From: Trichinella spiralis | Taxonomy: Eukaryota | Length of the DNA: 64,000 nt | Direction of reading: 5' to 3' | Assembly (NCBI RefSeq): GCF_000181795.1 | Contig: NW_003526943.1 | Location: 2,906,707-2,970,706, forward strand | Part shown: positions 1 to 12,665 of the stretch, in pieces | How the letters are laid out: each line of letters opens with the position of its first letter | Numbering within the stretch: the first letter of the stretch is position 1 | Position numbers and translations under genes: made by a program | The notes under the pieces: generated by a model | What the model saw: only the letters and a program-made list of their open reading frames with translations | The model's database searches: none | What the model was told of the DNA's origin: nothing

Positions 1-1725
1 CCAGAATTTGGCCCCAACTGGCCAGTACGACTAGATGCGTGAAAATGGCAGCGAGAATAAAACGATTACAGTAGAATAATGATTTTCAAGTAAAATTCTG
101 CTCCGTCCAATTGGACGATGGCGCGGTGATAAACAATTTTTGCATAATTTCTATTGTCCCAATTCCACTTTTCATTCACTCGGCACAGTTTCCATTATTG
201 TTTGCAATTACTTTAAACATTGCGCAATTTTTTTTCCGGTGATGTTCATTTTGAAATGAATGAAAATTTATTGATAAAACAAAAAAGCTGCTTTTTATTT
301 TTAATTCATTTCAATCAAAATTGTTTCAATATTTAATTAATAAATTTTTTCAGTTCGTATGCACGTTGAATTGCAATCGGCTGATTACAACAAGTTAAAA
401 ATCCAATATCTAACTACGGTTCTGCTAATAGTTTCTAACAGCTGACTAATCTTCTATATCGACATGATCGTGATCACAATAATAAATGAACAGATTGGGT
501 AGAACTTAACTACTATGTGAAAAAAAGAGCAAAATTGCTCAATCTGAACATCCAAGCCCGTACTGAACTATACAGCCGTAACAATAAAAGTTATTACTAT
601 TTCTCTAATTCAGATGTCACTTCTGTATATTGAGCGGCTTAATATAAATTCAGAAAAGCAGATAAAAACAGAATATTCTCATCGAGCTGAACTGCAGAAT
701 TTAACATCGTCGACAACAATTCTGTAATAACACATTACTTTATTATAAAACAAGCTGATATATGAATATCTTCATTTTATTCATTTCTGCATTAATTTGC
801 ACTGATAATTTTCTGTGTTAGTACAGATTATATTCCACTTTTTAATTAATAATGATATCTAAAATAGCTATTGCTGAAAGATTATACGGATTTCTTATTG
901 CGAATGTTTTCAAATATATTACAAGAAAATTATTTTAATACAAATGCAAAGTAATTTTTAGCAAATGATGCTTAACATATTTAAATTACTGTTTGCAATT
1001 ATTGAATTTTCCAGTAATAAAAATACAGTCGCAGAAAAATAAATCTTTTTTTAAATAGCAACTACTTTTGTTAAGATTTTTTTATTTGTCACACGTCTGT
1101 GTTAATGCATAATAAAGTTCTACATTGCCCTTATTGGCAATCAATAAAGCTATATACTCATCTCTAAAATATGCATTAAAGAAATACATTTAAACTTTTA
1201 CTCCAATTTTAGTTAACTGCTTCATTTATTTAAATTATCTGAATATTTATCTGTACAACACTTTAGGAGAACAATGCCTATTGTTATCATTAAATAGGCT
1301 ATTGATTTTTAAAACATTTGATCAAAAATAATAAAATAATACTTATCACAATTATGAGTAGCAATGTAAAGTTAATTATAAATGTTTACATTCCAATAAT
1401 ATATTTATATGCACTTAATACATACCGCAGTATAAATACCATATTATACTGATAAATAATGCATATTGCCTTATGCAAAGTAAAAAGTCTGCATGCAATG
1501 ATATTATTCATATACGGTGAAACAGACTGTGCATGATTGCCACAAATTGTTTCAGCTGCATGAAGCATATTTTTCAATATCACACTCGTATAATAAAATA
1601 TTTTATTAATTATAACTTTGAACAAATATTTGTATTTCAATAATGAAAAGTTTTAAACAAATTAAAATATAATAATACAATATCAATTATTACAGTAAAA
1701 TGAAAAAAGTGACAAAAATCGAGCA

Positions 1726-2106
1726 TCACGCGTTGTACTCAAGTGCAACGTGCTTGCGTCGAATGATGACGTTAAGCCGGAACCAACTTGGATTGAAATT
1801 TTTATCCGAGCCTTCTGGTGGGAAACAATACTCGATGGTCAGTGTGTTGGGTTGAGTATTTTCTACTGTCGGTTTAAATTCTTCCAGATGAACACGAATC
1901 CACATATTTTCACCAGGATCTAAAACTCCATGAGATGGCTCGCACATTGTACGCATTTCATTGGACAATTTGATCATGAAAGCAATTTTTTCTTTTCCAT
2001 TATTAATTATGCTGAATGGATAATTTTTCTTCTCTTCAAATGGTCCATTGAAAACGATCCTTTCAGCAGGTGAAGTCTTCAATTCGCTTGGAATAGGCTT
2101 CGGCAT
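1726..2106 (-). CDS. msp: Major sperm protein (MSP), 126 aa, intronless
   Basis: ATG at 2106 (MPKPIPSELK...), TGA at 1726. Aligns along its length with nematode MSP: IVFNGP, GVLDP, WF, RRKHVALEYNA (cf. RRKNLPIEYNP). The ORF track's upstream GTG extension is rejected. Confidence 0.92.
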   Translation of the reverse strand: MPKPIPSELKTSPAERIVFNGPFEEKKNYPFSIINNGKEKIAFMIKLSNEMRTMCEPSHGVLDPGENMWIRVHLEEFKPTVENTQPNTLTIEYCFPPEGSDKNFNPSWFRLNVIIRRKHVALEYNA

Positions 2107-3582
2107 GTTTGCAACGGAATTCAGAGGAGTATGGAAACAACCACTGATCTCGGGAAACACGAAACCACAACTGAATTAATCGAATTGTTTTATTTTTACT
2201 CCAACTATTAGATTTTTAAACTTTAAACAAAGCATTAATTTTTAAACTGTTAAACTATCTTTGTCTGTCTGTCTTTGCATATCATCGTAAAATGTTTGCT
2301 TGAACTTTGCAGAATGTGCTGCTTATTTGAAATTATTATAAATCTTTGTATGATGCAATTATGTTTTGTAAAATTTTAAATTCTGTTTATTTGATGATAA
2401 AGATAAACAGAAGAAAGCATTTGTAATATTGAAAAATTAAGTAGAATTCTCTATATGAACATATGTTTTGAATAATATTTCATTATTTTGTTTCACAAGT
2501 ATTTGTAAAATAAAGTTTACAATAAATGATGATAAAGAAAATCTCACTTGTTGAGATAAATTTTACTAATGCAGAAAAAAACTATTTGCAAATTATTATT
2601 ATTATTATTTACATAAAATGTATAAAATTAGACAACCAAATGGTATTTGCAATTGTTTATTAATTGTATCAAGCCAGTCGCTTGAACTTTGAATTGAACT
2701 TCATGAAATCAATCTGCAATTATTCTTCCATTTTTATTTCAAAAATCAATATTAACTTTTGTGCACAATTTTTAATAATTGTACTGCATGAAGTGGTTAT
2801 TTGAATGACATGGAAAATCACTTTTTGAAATCAATCGGCAAATGCGCTTCATTTAATGCACATCGTTATGCAATTAGTGAAGCCCATCCGACTTAAAAGG
2901 TTTCAGCCGTGTTGAATATCCATTGAAAAATGATTCATAATAAATTTTTATAAATGTTCAGTAATGGTTGAATGGCCAATCCAATTGGAAAAAGTAATGC
3001 ATTATTCCAATTAAATAACAAGATGGTAGAATAGATTTATTGTTAAACAAAAATACCGGTTAAAATAAATTACACTGTTATCATTTTGCTTAAAATATTA
3101 TGCTTATTATTAATTAAAAAATGGTCAAACAAACAAAAATATCATTTTAAACAATAAATAGCATCAAATTTTTATTGATAAATATTATGGATTTTTGAAT
3201 AAATTTTCAATCTAAAATTTTTTTGCAAAATAATATAAACATGAGTATTCACAACAGTTATGTAGGAAATGCCTACAAAATCTAGTTATTGCTTGACGAA
3301 ATTAGAGAAGAGTTTGTAATTTTAAAGTGCTGTCGATTTTAATCATGTGCATATCAAAAAAAAATCTTCAATTTTTTCCTATAATTTTATGCAAAATATA
3401 GAATTTAGCAACGTAATTATTATTAGCTTGCATAACTCTTTTGCAAACAAGTTATACGACTGGATAGCGTAACGGTCATTCATTGTGTCCAGCGCTGAAT
3501 TGGAAGAGTTCAATTCTACTCGGTTATAAATATTGATTGCCATCATCAGTTTTCAAACTGCATTGCATTTCTTTAATCGAAA

Positions 3583-4252
3583 ATGTTGCATACATTTTTG
3601 CTGATTTTCAACATCTTCACTGCATCTTCGATGTGCAATCATTCATCAAATATTCATGTTCAACATTCAGAACAGCAAAATGTTACAACGGCAGATTATT
3701 TAATTGATAATCACAGCCTGTTAAATTTTACTTCAACCAACTTTTCGTACACATTTTACGGTGAACCTACAATGCAATTTTCCGATGCTGAACAAGAATG
3801 TGAAAAATCCAACAAAAATCTTTTTGTTCCATCTACTCTTGATGAACTAGTGAGTAAATATATTGAAAGAATGTACAATTGTTCTTATAATTGTTGAATT
3901 ATACACGCTTATTTATTTATTTATTTAGCATGCCGTTACAGCTTTCATCCCAGAAGGAAAATGCTTCTGGATAGGGATGAAGTACATTAATGGAAATTTT
4001 ACCTGGTTACGAGACTGGGGTGTCAACATTGCAGAACTGTAATTTACATATTCAGTTACTTTACTATTCAGTAATTAAATTTCCTATTTTAGACCTTTTG
4101 AAATCTCTGATGATGAAAGCTATGGCCATGTAAATGAAGAAAACTGTTTGTCATGTCATATAGAAAAAGATAAAATGATGATCGAGTTGCACTGGAATAA
4201 TTGCAGCAGTGAACGACCTTTTCTTTGTCAACAAAAAGCTTCAACATTATAG
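3583..4252 (+). CDS. Secreted C-type lectin domain protein (3 exons: 3583-3849, 3929-4038, 4093-4252)
   Basis: Signal peptide MLHTFLLIFNIFTAS. Motifs FSDAEQEC, CFWIGM, FTW, ENC, WNNCSSERPFLC. GT-AG introns are phase-consistent. Confidence 0.88.
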
Positions 4253-5044
4253 AATGCAACCTTTGGAATTCTTTTATACTGTTGTTTTATAAATTTATAT
4301 TTACGCATTTATTACTTGCGTTTACAAGTAAAATTTATCATGCGTCATTTTTTATTACCAATAAACAATGACATTTATTGGACAATTTGTCATCATTTAC
4401 ATATGTTTGTTATGTTTAAAGTAAGATATTATACGAAATAAAAAGAAACTTGCTTTTGCTTTACTTAAAATATTCTTGTTTTACTATACAATTACTATCG
4501 GTATTACCACGCTTTATTAGTCATCATAGTTGTTAATTTTCAGGCAACTTATTAAAAATTATTATAAATATTCAACTATATAGAAATTGTAAGATAGACA
4601 TTTACACACGTGATATTTTTTATTTCTTGATGCATAACAATAACTACAATTTCTTGTAACTATTATCGCTAAAAAACTGTGATTCATTTTTTATTCAACA
4701 TTACTTATATTTTATATGTTATTTCGAAAAAGTAACTGTAAGATATTCAACTGCTTATTTTTAAAAAAAAAGGCGAAAAGCTCATGATAGTATTGCGTTA
4801 CAAAAAGAAATCATACTTAACACTAAGCTTACATTAACTCCTAAATTTTAGTAGAAACTTAAATTTTTTGTGCAAATATATATATAATTTTTTTTACAAA
4901 ATAACATTTTGGAACAATAAAGTGCATTTTATTAGTAATGGTGAAAATAAATATAAACGAAAATTTGTAACAAAGATTTCCAAGCTAAGTGAAATTTTGT
5001 AATACATAATTAACTATTATTATCGTAAAAAATGACAAAAAATA

Positions 5045-5425
5045 TTATGCATTGTACTCAAGTGCAACGTGCTTGCGTCGAATGATGACGTTAAGCCGGA
5101 ACTAACTTGGATTGAAATTTTTATCCGAGCCTTCTGGTGGGAAGCAATACTCGATGGTCAGTGTGTTGGGTTGAGTATTTTCTACTGTCGGTTTAAATTC
5201 TTCCAGATGAACACGAATCCACACATTTTCACCAGGATCTAAAACTCCATGAGATGGCTCGCACATTGTACATATTTCATTGGACAATTTGATCATGTAG
5301 GCAATTTTTTCTTTTCCATTATTAATTATGCTGAATGGATAATTTTTCTTCTCTTCAAATGGTCCATTGAAAACGATCCTTTCAGCAGGTGAAGTCTTCA
5401 ATTCGCTTGGAATAGGCTTCGGCAT
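5045..5425 (-). pseudogene. msp: Second MSP copy with premature stop (TGG>TAG at 5102-5104); pseudogene or truncated allele
   Basis: Near-identical to 1726-2106. The frame continues past the TAG (FRLNVIIRRKHVALEYNA) to TAA at 5045. Confidence 0.85.
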
Positions 5426-5962
5426 GCTTGCAACGGAATTCAGAGGAGTACGGAAATAGCCACTGCTCTCAAGAAAAGGAAAGAAAGAAAATAATATAAC
5501 AATAAAATATCGGATATAAAGTAAAAGATATTTAAATCATGTGATTTGAAGTAATGATATAAGAGTAAAATATCTGTGTAAAGTGAATGATATTTAAAGT
5601 GTGTAATATACAGAATAGTTAAAATATCTGTAATTTAAAAAATTAATACGTATTATTTATTATTATAAATTTAAATACTTTTTCAGTGTGAAAATTTTCA
5701 ATATTAGTAATTACCTAAAATAATGCTTCATGTGTTATAACATTATTTCATGCTCAGCAGTGAATGCTGCCTTAAAGTTAATTTATTATAATTTTTGACT
5801 TAATCTTTTGTTTAAGTTTTTTATTTAGACTAATTCTGAGCATAGATTAAATGCGCTTTGCATTATTCAATATTACTTTTATTTTTCAACTGTTGTCACT
5901 TAGTTTTCTTTAAAATTACTGTAGTATTCAAATAACCTATATAATTGCTTAACATTTAAAGC

Positions 5963-7815
5963 ATGGTGATGAATGTTATTCGTGATCTCTACCCGGAGTT
6001 ATCGAGTGAAGAATTAAGTAAAATATCGCGTCATTTTAAAAAACTTAACATAAATGAAAAAGACGACTTTGAAGTGAATACAAAAGAAAATGGAATTCCA
6101 GATGTAATCAACGGTATGAGAATGTTGTACTTTAGAAATAACAAATTATTTTATCTGAAAATATTCTTGTGCTGAGATTTGAGCATTGCAATGAAATATC
6201 TAAAGCACGCTGAAATATTTTTATAACTAGACAATTACTTGAATATGTAATGTGGTATGTTTTTTCCCATTACATTTCGTACTGATTTGTACAGTTTAAG
6301 TTATCGAATACATTAACATTACGGTTCTTGAAGCTGATTGTTCTTCATAAAAGATATTATGCGAAAATTAAACTTGTTTTGGCTATACTTAATATGTTAA
6401 ATGTATTTCAGAAAATACTGTTCCTGCTGTTGCTGTGCAGCGTATGATGGATCAGAAACTATTAAAATCTAACAAAAAGATGGAGCTAACAAGAGAACTG
6501 TTTTCTGTTTTTAATGAACACGTCTTCAATAACAGAGTAATATTTCAAATGTTTATTTTTTTGTAACAATATGCATTTCAGCTTCCCAAAGATATGGAAA
6601 TTTGTTTCAATCGACGTTTATATAAAACTGCTGGATACTGTAGATGCAAATTAAACAGGTTCACTAAACTTCCATATTGTATTATAGAGTTGTCAGAATT
6701 AGTGTGTGATACTTGTGGTGAGTTAAATTACATTTCTTTTATTACTTGGTGCATGAAGTAGTTTTGTAAATAACATATTTATATCAAATATTTCATTGTT
6801 CGTATTCTTTATTATACTTTAATTTAAATAGAATATAGACGGTGTTTTATGAGTTTTTTATTTTTATCAAGTGTTTAGGTTTTTATACTGTAATTATAGA
6901 GTTTGAAGAAGCATTGGTTTTAAATTTTAAATTTATTTTTTTTGAAATGTAAAATTTTAAAAATTATTGATGATTACTAGCAGAAGCTTATAGATTACTT
7001 TTGAAGTTTATTTCAAAAATGCTGTATTTTAGAGCGTATACGGGATACTTTGTTGCATGAAATGTGTCATGCTGCTGTTTGGATAATTGATCAGAAAATA
7101 GAAAAGCATGGACCTTTCTGGAAAAGATGGTACGTTGTTAGAAACTTTGCTAAAACTTCATTTTATGCATTTTTTTATATAGGTGTGCTATTGCTGAATC
7201 TGTTTTACCAAACATGCCGGTTGTGAAAACTTGTCATGAATACGTTATAACAACGAAATACATTTATCGTTGCCCTTCATGTTTTCGAGAGTGAGTTTCT
7301 TTTTATTCTTATTATTGTTTGTTCTGTTATTTTAATCAAAAAATAATCACTTATTATACATTTAATTTTGAGATTATTCAAATTATTTTAAGATAAATTT
7401 TTGTTTGCTCTTTTTATTTTTACTATTACTTTTTTTATTAATTTTAATTCTGATTGGTTCAAGTCTGAAATGAGGAATAATACAGATAACGTTCAACATA
7501 AATATATATTAAGTGAAGTGCTTTTTTAATATGGAATAGAAGGAAAAGAATTTAAAATGTAGTATAAATAATAATCCCGCTTCTTTAAGTTTAATATATC
7601 CTATTAAAGTAATTATATTTTTGTTCCTTTTTCAATATTCATAAAATCGAAATGAATGTATTCAAATTTGAAGAGTTCGTCGTCAAACAAAGTCGCTGAA
7701 TATTGCGCGAAAAGTGTGCAAATTCTGCCGGAAACATTTTGTTTGCTTCAAATTGAATTCGAAGACTGGACAATACGTTCCATGCAATGATGGTATCGAT
7801 ATACTCGATGTTTAG
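5963..7815 (+). CDS. SprT-like zinc metalloprotease, GCNA/ACRC-type (exons 5963-6113, 6412-6536, 6582-6717, 7033-7129, 7183-7290, 7674-7815)
   Basis: Spliced product contains FNEHVFNNRLP, RLYKTAGYC, IELSELVCD, RDTLLHEMCHAAVW (HExxH), HGPFWKRW, YRCPSC and KVCKFC (zinc ribbon). All intron phases are consistent; the start codon is less certain. Confidence 0.88.
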
Positions 7816-8417
7816 AAGTTGGAGATGGTCACGAACAGTAACTTTCAGATAATTGATTTTATTTATCTAGAAAAAACATTCAGTTTTATTTGTAAGAGAA
7901 GATATTTCTTTTAGTACTTTAGCACATTTTTTTTGATTCTCAAATGCAATTTTGTAAATGACAATGTTGATTTGATTGTTTGATAATGAAGTGCACATTT
8001 ATATGCATACATATATGTATATATATATATATGCATGCCACTCAGACAGTTTTATCATGGAAATATCATAGGAGATTGAAATGTTCTTGTTGTTAATTTG
8101 TTGAAACTATTTTATTAAAAGCTTAACATTGTGCATAAACTTCACTTTTACTGATTTTCAAAAGCGCCAATGATAATTGCCGGCAGTGGGCGTGCATATC
8201 CAAGCATTGATTGCAGTAAAGAAGGAACTGCAGAGCTAGCGGACGGAAGTGATTCGGTTGCTTTGTGCTTTCGAGCAGCATACTTTTATTCAAGTGGTCT
8301 AAATAGGTCAGGCAAAACAGTATCCGAATAATAATTGTCTACATCTCTGAGCAACGATTTAGCAAACGTTGCATATATTATTAGATAGTTGGCGATTATT
8401 GCTTGATTTGAGGCAAA

Positions 8418-11400
8418 ATGCGAACTTGGGAAATGCCGTATTTACGGCTTATTTTACAAATTGTTGCTTGTAAGTTTGATTTGCTTTTCATTTAATTCAA
8501 ATCAAATTAAAATATAAATTAATTTGATATGTATATTTCAGCTTATGCTACTTCTTGGGATCATTGGTGGACGTATGAAGGTTTTTCAGGTAAATATTAA
8601 AAAAGAAGAAAAACCTATGACATTAGCATGTAAAAGGTAGATGCATTAGCTAACTGTGCAGCAACTTTGCCAATTTCTTTTTATACATGGGTGAGATATC
8701 ACCCTGCGGGAGTATTGGAGTTAAAAATAAAATTGTGGCGGAAAACAATTCACAAATGGTCTTTAAAGCTGCAAAGCACGATCGATGTACCAATTCAGCA
8801 GGTCAATAGCCGGGTGCCAAGCTTTTTGCATGCATAAATGCGTCACACCTCAGATAAACACGATCGAACACTTCTCCTTGAAAACTGTTCTGATTTATAA
8901 ATGATCCGCTTCACTAAAAAAGAAATTATTATTGACTTTACAGATTTAAGACATACTCTTTTCTTTTACATTTATATTTAACAGAATTTACAAATCAAAC
9001 GAAACTTTTACTTTATTATTTTTTCTTTTTTGAATTTGCATATCTTTTTTTCTTTTGCATATACTGATAATGTATAAGATATTCTTTTATTAAAACACTT
9101 GTTTATTTGATAATGTTAGTGCAGATTGATATTTTTATAGATTTCATTGAAAAATTAAACTGTCAGTATGAATTTTTATCGTTCATCGGATTGTTCAACG
9201 AGTAATGCTCAGGTTTATCGTTATTTTAATCGTTCAATGCAGAAATCACTTTTGCAGTGTGAAGACTATATGCAGAGAAATTGATGAATTTTCTTTTCCA
9301 AACTGACATCTTTATCAATACCATTTTACTTGGAATGTTTTCCTGTTATCCATTAGCAACATCTTGACTCACTGCTTGCACGCATTGCATGTACGCGCAT
9401 ACATAAGTATATGCGCATGCACATGCTTATGAAATAATATAATACGAAGAATCTGTAAAAGCACTAGATTTAATGAAACATTTTATTGGTTTCATTTTTT
9501 TGTAGTTCTTATAAACATGCAAAATTTTTTCATTAAATTTGAATTACTCGACTTATTGTAAACTTAAGATTGTACGCTGTGAAATTTACCATTCACAAAT
9601 ATTAGAAATTGTTTTTCTTAATTTTTTGCAGCATTTTAATATCATTGCTAAATTGAAACGCTTTACATTTCAAATCTGAAATTTTGTTGATTTTTACGTG
9701 TATGTATTTTTGTTAAAGCAATGCATCAAAAGATAATTTTATTAATAGTGAATTTCATTCTTTACTGTTTTATCATAATTATCTAAATCTATCAGAACTC
9801 ATTTTTATTCATTCATTTCTGTTTTACTTTATTTACTTATTCTGTTTCCAGAAGAATTTAATAATATTAAATTCAACTGTGTTCACTTATATTGATCTAT
9901 CAATATTTTTTGCTATAAATTATCAGCAGCTATATCAATATATTAATCGCATATAAGGTATGAACAATATAATCATGTATAGAAATTTCACGTTAATTTT
10001 ATTTAATGTAGGAGAGATTTTGATTATCAGTCCGAATTTTGATTTGTTTTCAAGAAAAATTTAAAAGAATTTTCATAAAAGTGAAAATAGAATCTGCATT
10101 TTGTGTAACTGTAAGATAAAATTCTTTTTTGTGCTTGTATTGTCAATGTTATAAATTTGAGTAGCATCAATCATTTACGCATCAGGTATAAAATATTTTC
10201 CATTCAAATTCATCAGATATATAATGTGCATGCAGTTAAAGAAGAAATCAATAAAAACATATTTAAAACATCAACATTAATTAAATTTTTCGCTTTCATG
10301 AGCACATACTGACAATATTTCAAAAATATGTTTTTCTGAACAATTTGATTTTTATATTTTTTAAAATGATTTCCGTTTAACGATCCACTTTTGAAAGACA
10401 TTTGATTGCTCAAAGAAAAACTTTTGTTTGTCGTTGCAAATGAAGCGCAAACAAATTTACCAAATGATGTAAATTTGTTCAGAATAGCGCATTCCATACG
10501 ATACTTTTAAAACACTGTCATTTTCTGCTTACTACATTTTTTCTTTAATTTTATGAACATTAACACAAAATTCAAATGTGGCATACTGTATTTCATGCAA
10601 ATTATTATCACCAAGTGATAAATGGATTGGATTATTTCTGAAATTAGTTGTCTATTTCAGTTGAATTTCATCAAATGCAAATGCAACAATATTTTGAAAT
10701 GCGGAAATAAACGTTTGTTAAAAATCATTTAAGCTTATTAAGCCAAATTTGCAATAACATACAAAAGTTGACTCTGGCAATGCGTACAAATGTAGCACAT
10801 TAGCACAAGCAACGTGCAAAACGTTGATAAGCGGTGGTGACATCTGTTTTCATTAAGCTAATGGCACTCTAAATTTACTCCATCTGCATAAGCAAATGCT
10901 AATATCAGTGTTGTAAATGATTATTGGAAAATTAGCAAAATGAATAGATAAACACAGCTGAAATATTTCAAACATGATCAGTATCAAATGTGAATATAAA
11001 GTGTTCAAGGTTTTTTCATTTTTAAATTAATCTTTGATTTTACTTTGTAATTCCATGTGCATCGCAATGTTACGATGTTATTTTAAAATTTTAAGGACCC
11101 GCATTTTGGGGTTTGGTTAATCAAGATTGGAAAATGTGTTCCAAAGGACAACAACAATCACCGATAAATATTATTCCAAATCTTTTACTTTATGATCCAT
11201 TTCTGAAGCCAGTTACTGTCAGCAAAACAACGGTACAGTATTTTTTAATATAATATATAAGAATATATTATTTATCTATTATATTCATTCAAACACAAAA
11301 ATTGGGGAAAGTTTCTTAAAGTTAAAAATACTTTAAAAGCTATTGAGCTATTTATGATGAAATTTTTTCAGGTCAGTGGTACTTTGATAAACACTGGTCA

Positions 11401-12665
11401 GTTTCTGATGTTTGATTTGGATCCAGAACACAACTGCACAATTTACAGTGGTCCACTGAATAGTTATAAATATAAAGCTAGTAAACTGATATTGCGGTAT
11501 GGTATCAAAAATTACATGGGCTCTGAACATACAATCGACGGGGAAACATTTTCCGGCGAAGTAAACAGTTTATTAATTAACATTTAATAAATTTAAAATT
11601 ATTATATTTCAAAAAAGTGATTATTATTTTCAGATTCAACTGTATGGTTATAATATGAATCTTTATAACAATTTCTCTGAAGCCATGCGTAAACCAAATG
11701 GAATTGTAGGAATTGCAGCACTTATTGAGGTAGCTTTAACTGTTCATGCCAAATTATATTTTAATGTTTATTTGATTGATATCAACGTTTAACTTTAGAT
11801 TGATACGTTTACTAATTCAGAACTGCGATATTTAGTTTCAGCGGCTTCAGAAGTAATATACAAAGGTTTAAAAATCCATTTTTTAGCTTAATTGAATTCG
11901 ATTTTCAGAAAATAAAAGTAATCATTTTTCTAGAAAAATCAACTGCTGTTCATTCATTATCAATTCGACAATTGCTTCCAGATACAAACCATTACGTAAC
12001 TTACGATGGCTCTTTCACTTTCCCAGGTTGCTATGAAACAGTACATTGGATTATCATGAACAAGCCAGTGTACATCAATTTCAAAGATGTAAAATTTTTC
12101 TTCTAAAAAGAATTTTGTCATGTTCATAATGAATAATAATACTATTTCAAATATTTTTCACACATTTTAGATGAAACTTTTGCGTGATCTGCAGAGAACA
12201 GAAAGTAAAGCAAGGGATCCACTGCTGTTGGGTGGCTTGGGACGAGCTGTAATGCCGTTGAATCTCCGAAGTGTACGAACAAACATCAACTTTAAACCAA
12301 AAGTAATAATAATTATATTAAAAGAGAATGTTTTAAATTGATTTGGCAAAATCATATTCATAATACATTATACTATATGTACAGCATGCATTTGCATAAT
12401 AGCATTTGTTTTCATTATTGTCATAATTTATATAAGAGCTTATGTTAATTTATAAAAGGATTTTTAATGTAATTTATATTACTTTTAAAACTCTAAACAA
12501 TTAATTATTGATATTTTAAAGAGTTCTCCCAGCTGCCGTTCTATGCAAAGAAAACTACATTATAAAGGTAGTATATCATTGTTTATTGAAGGTTAGGTGA
12601 GGTTTATTGAATATTTAAATTTAGCAAATCCGTGGAGAAAATTAAACCGCATCAGCGATTCCTGA
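8418..12665 (+). CDS. Carbonic anhydrase-related protein (acatalytic CARP, CA10/CA11-like); exons 8418-8469, 8542-8589, 11096-11232, 11372-11560, 11634-11729, 11799-11865, 11934-12088, 12171-12302, 12522-12567, 12625-12665
   Basis: Signal-peptide-like N-terminus, WWTYEGFSGPAFWGL, QSPINI, GSEHTIDG, EIQLYGYN, YDGSFTFPGCYETVHW, RSVRTNI. Ten phase-consistent exons. Confidence 0.92.

Noticed and set aside
104..117. Perfect palindrome CGTCCAATTGGACG
   Set aside because: Could be a promoter element for a gene off the left edge, but a single 14-mer has no supporting context.
2107..2160. N-terminal extension of MSP in the ORF track
   Set aside because: Starts at GTG. MSP homology begins at the ATG at 2106, and copy 2 starts at the equivalent ATG.
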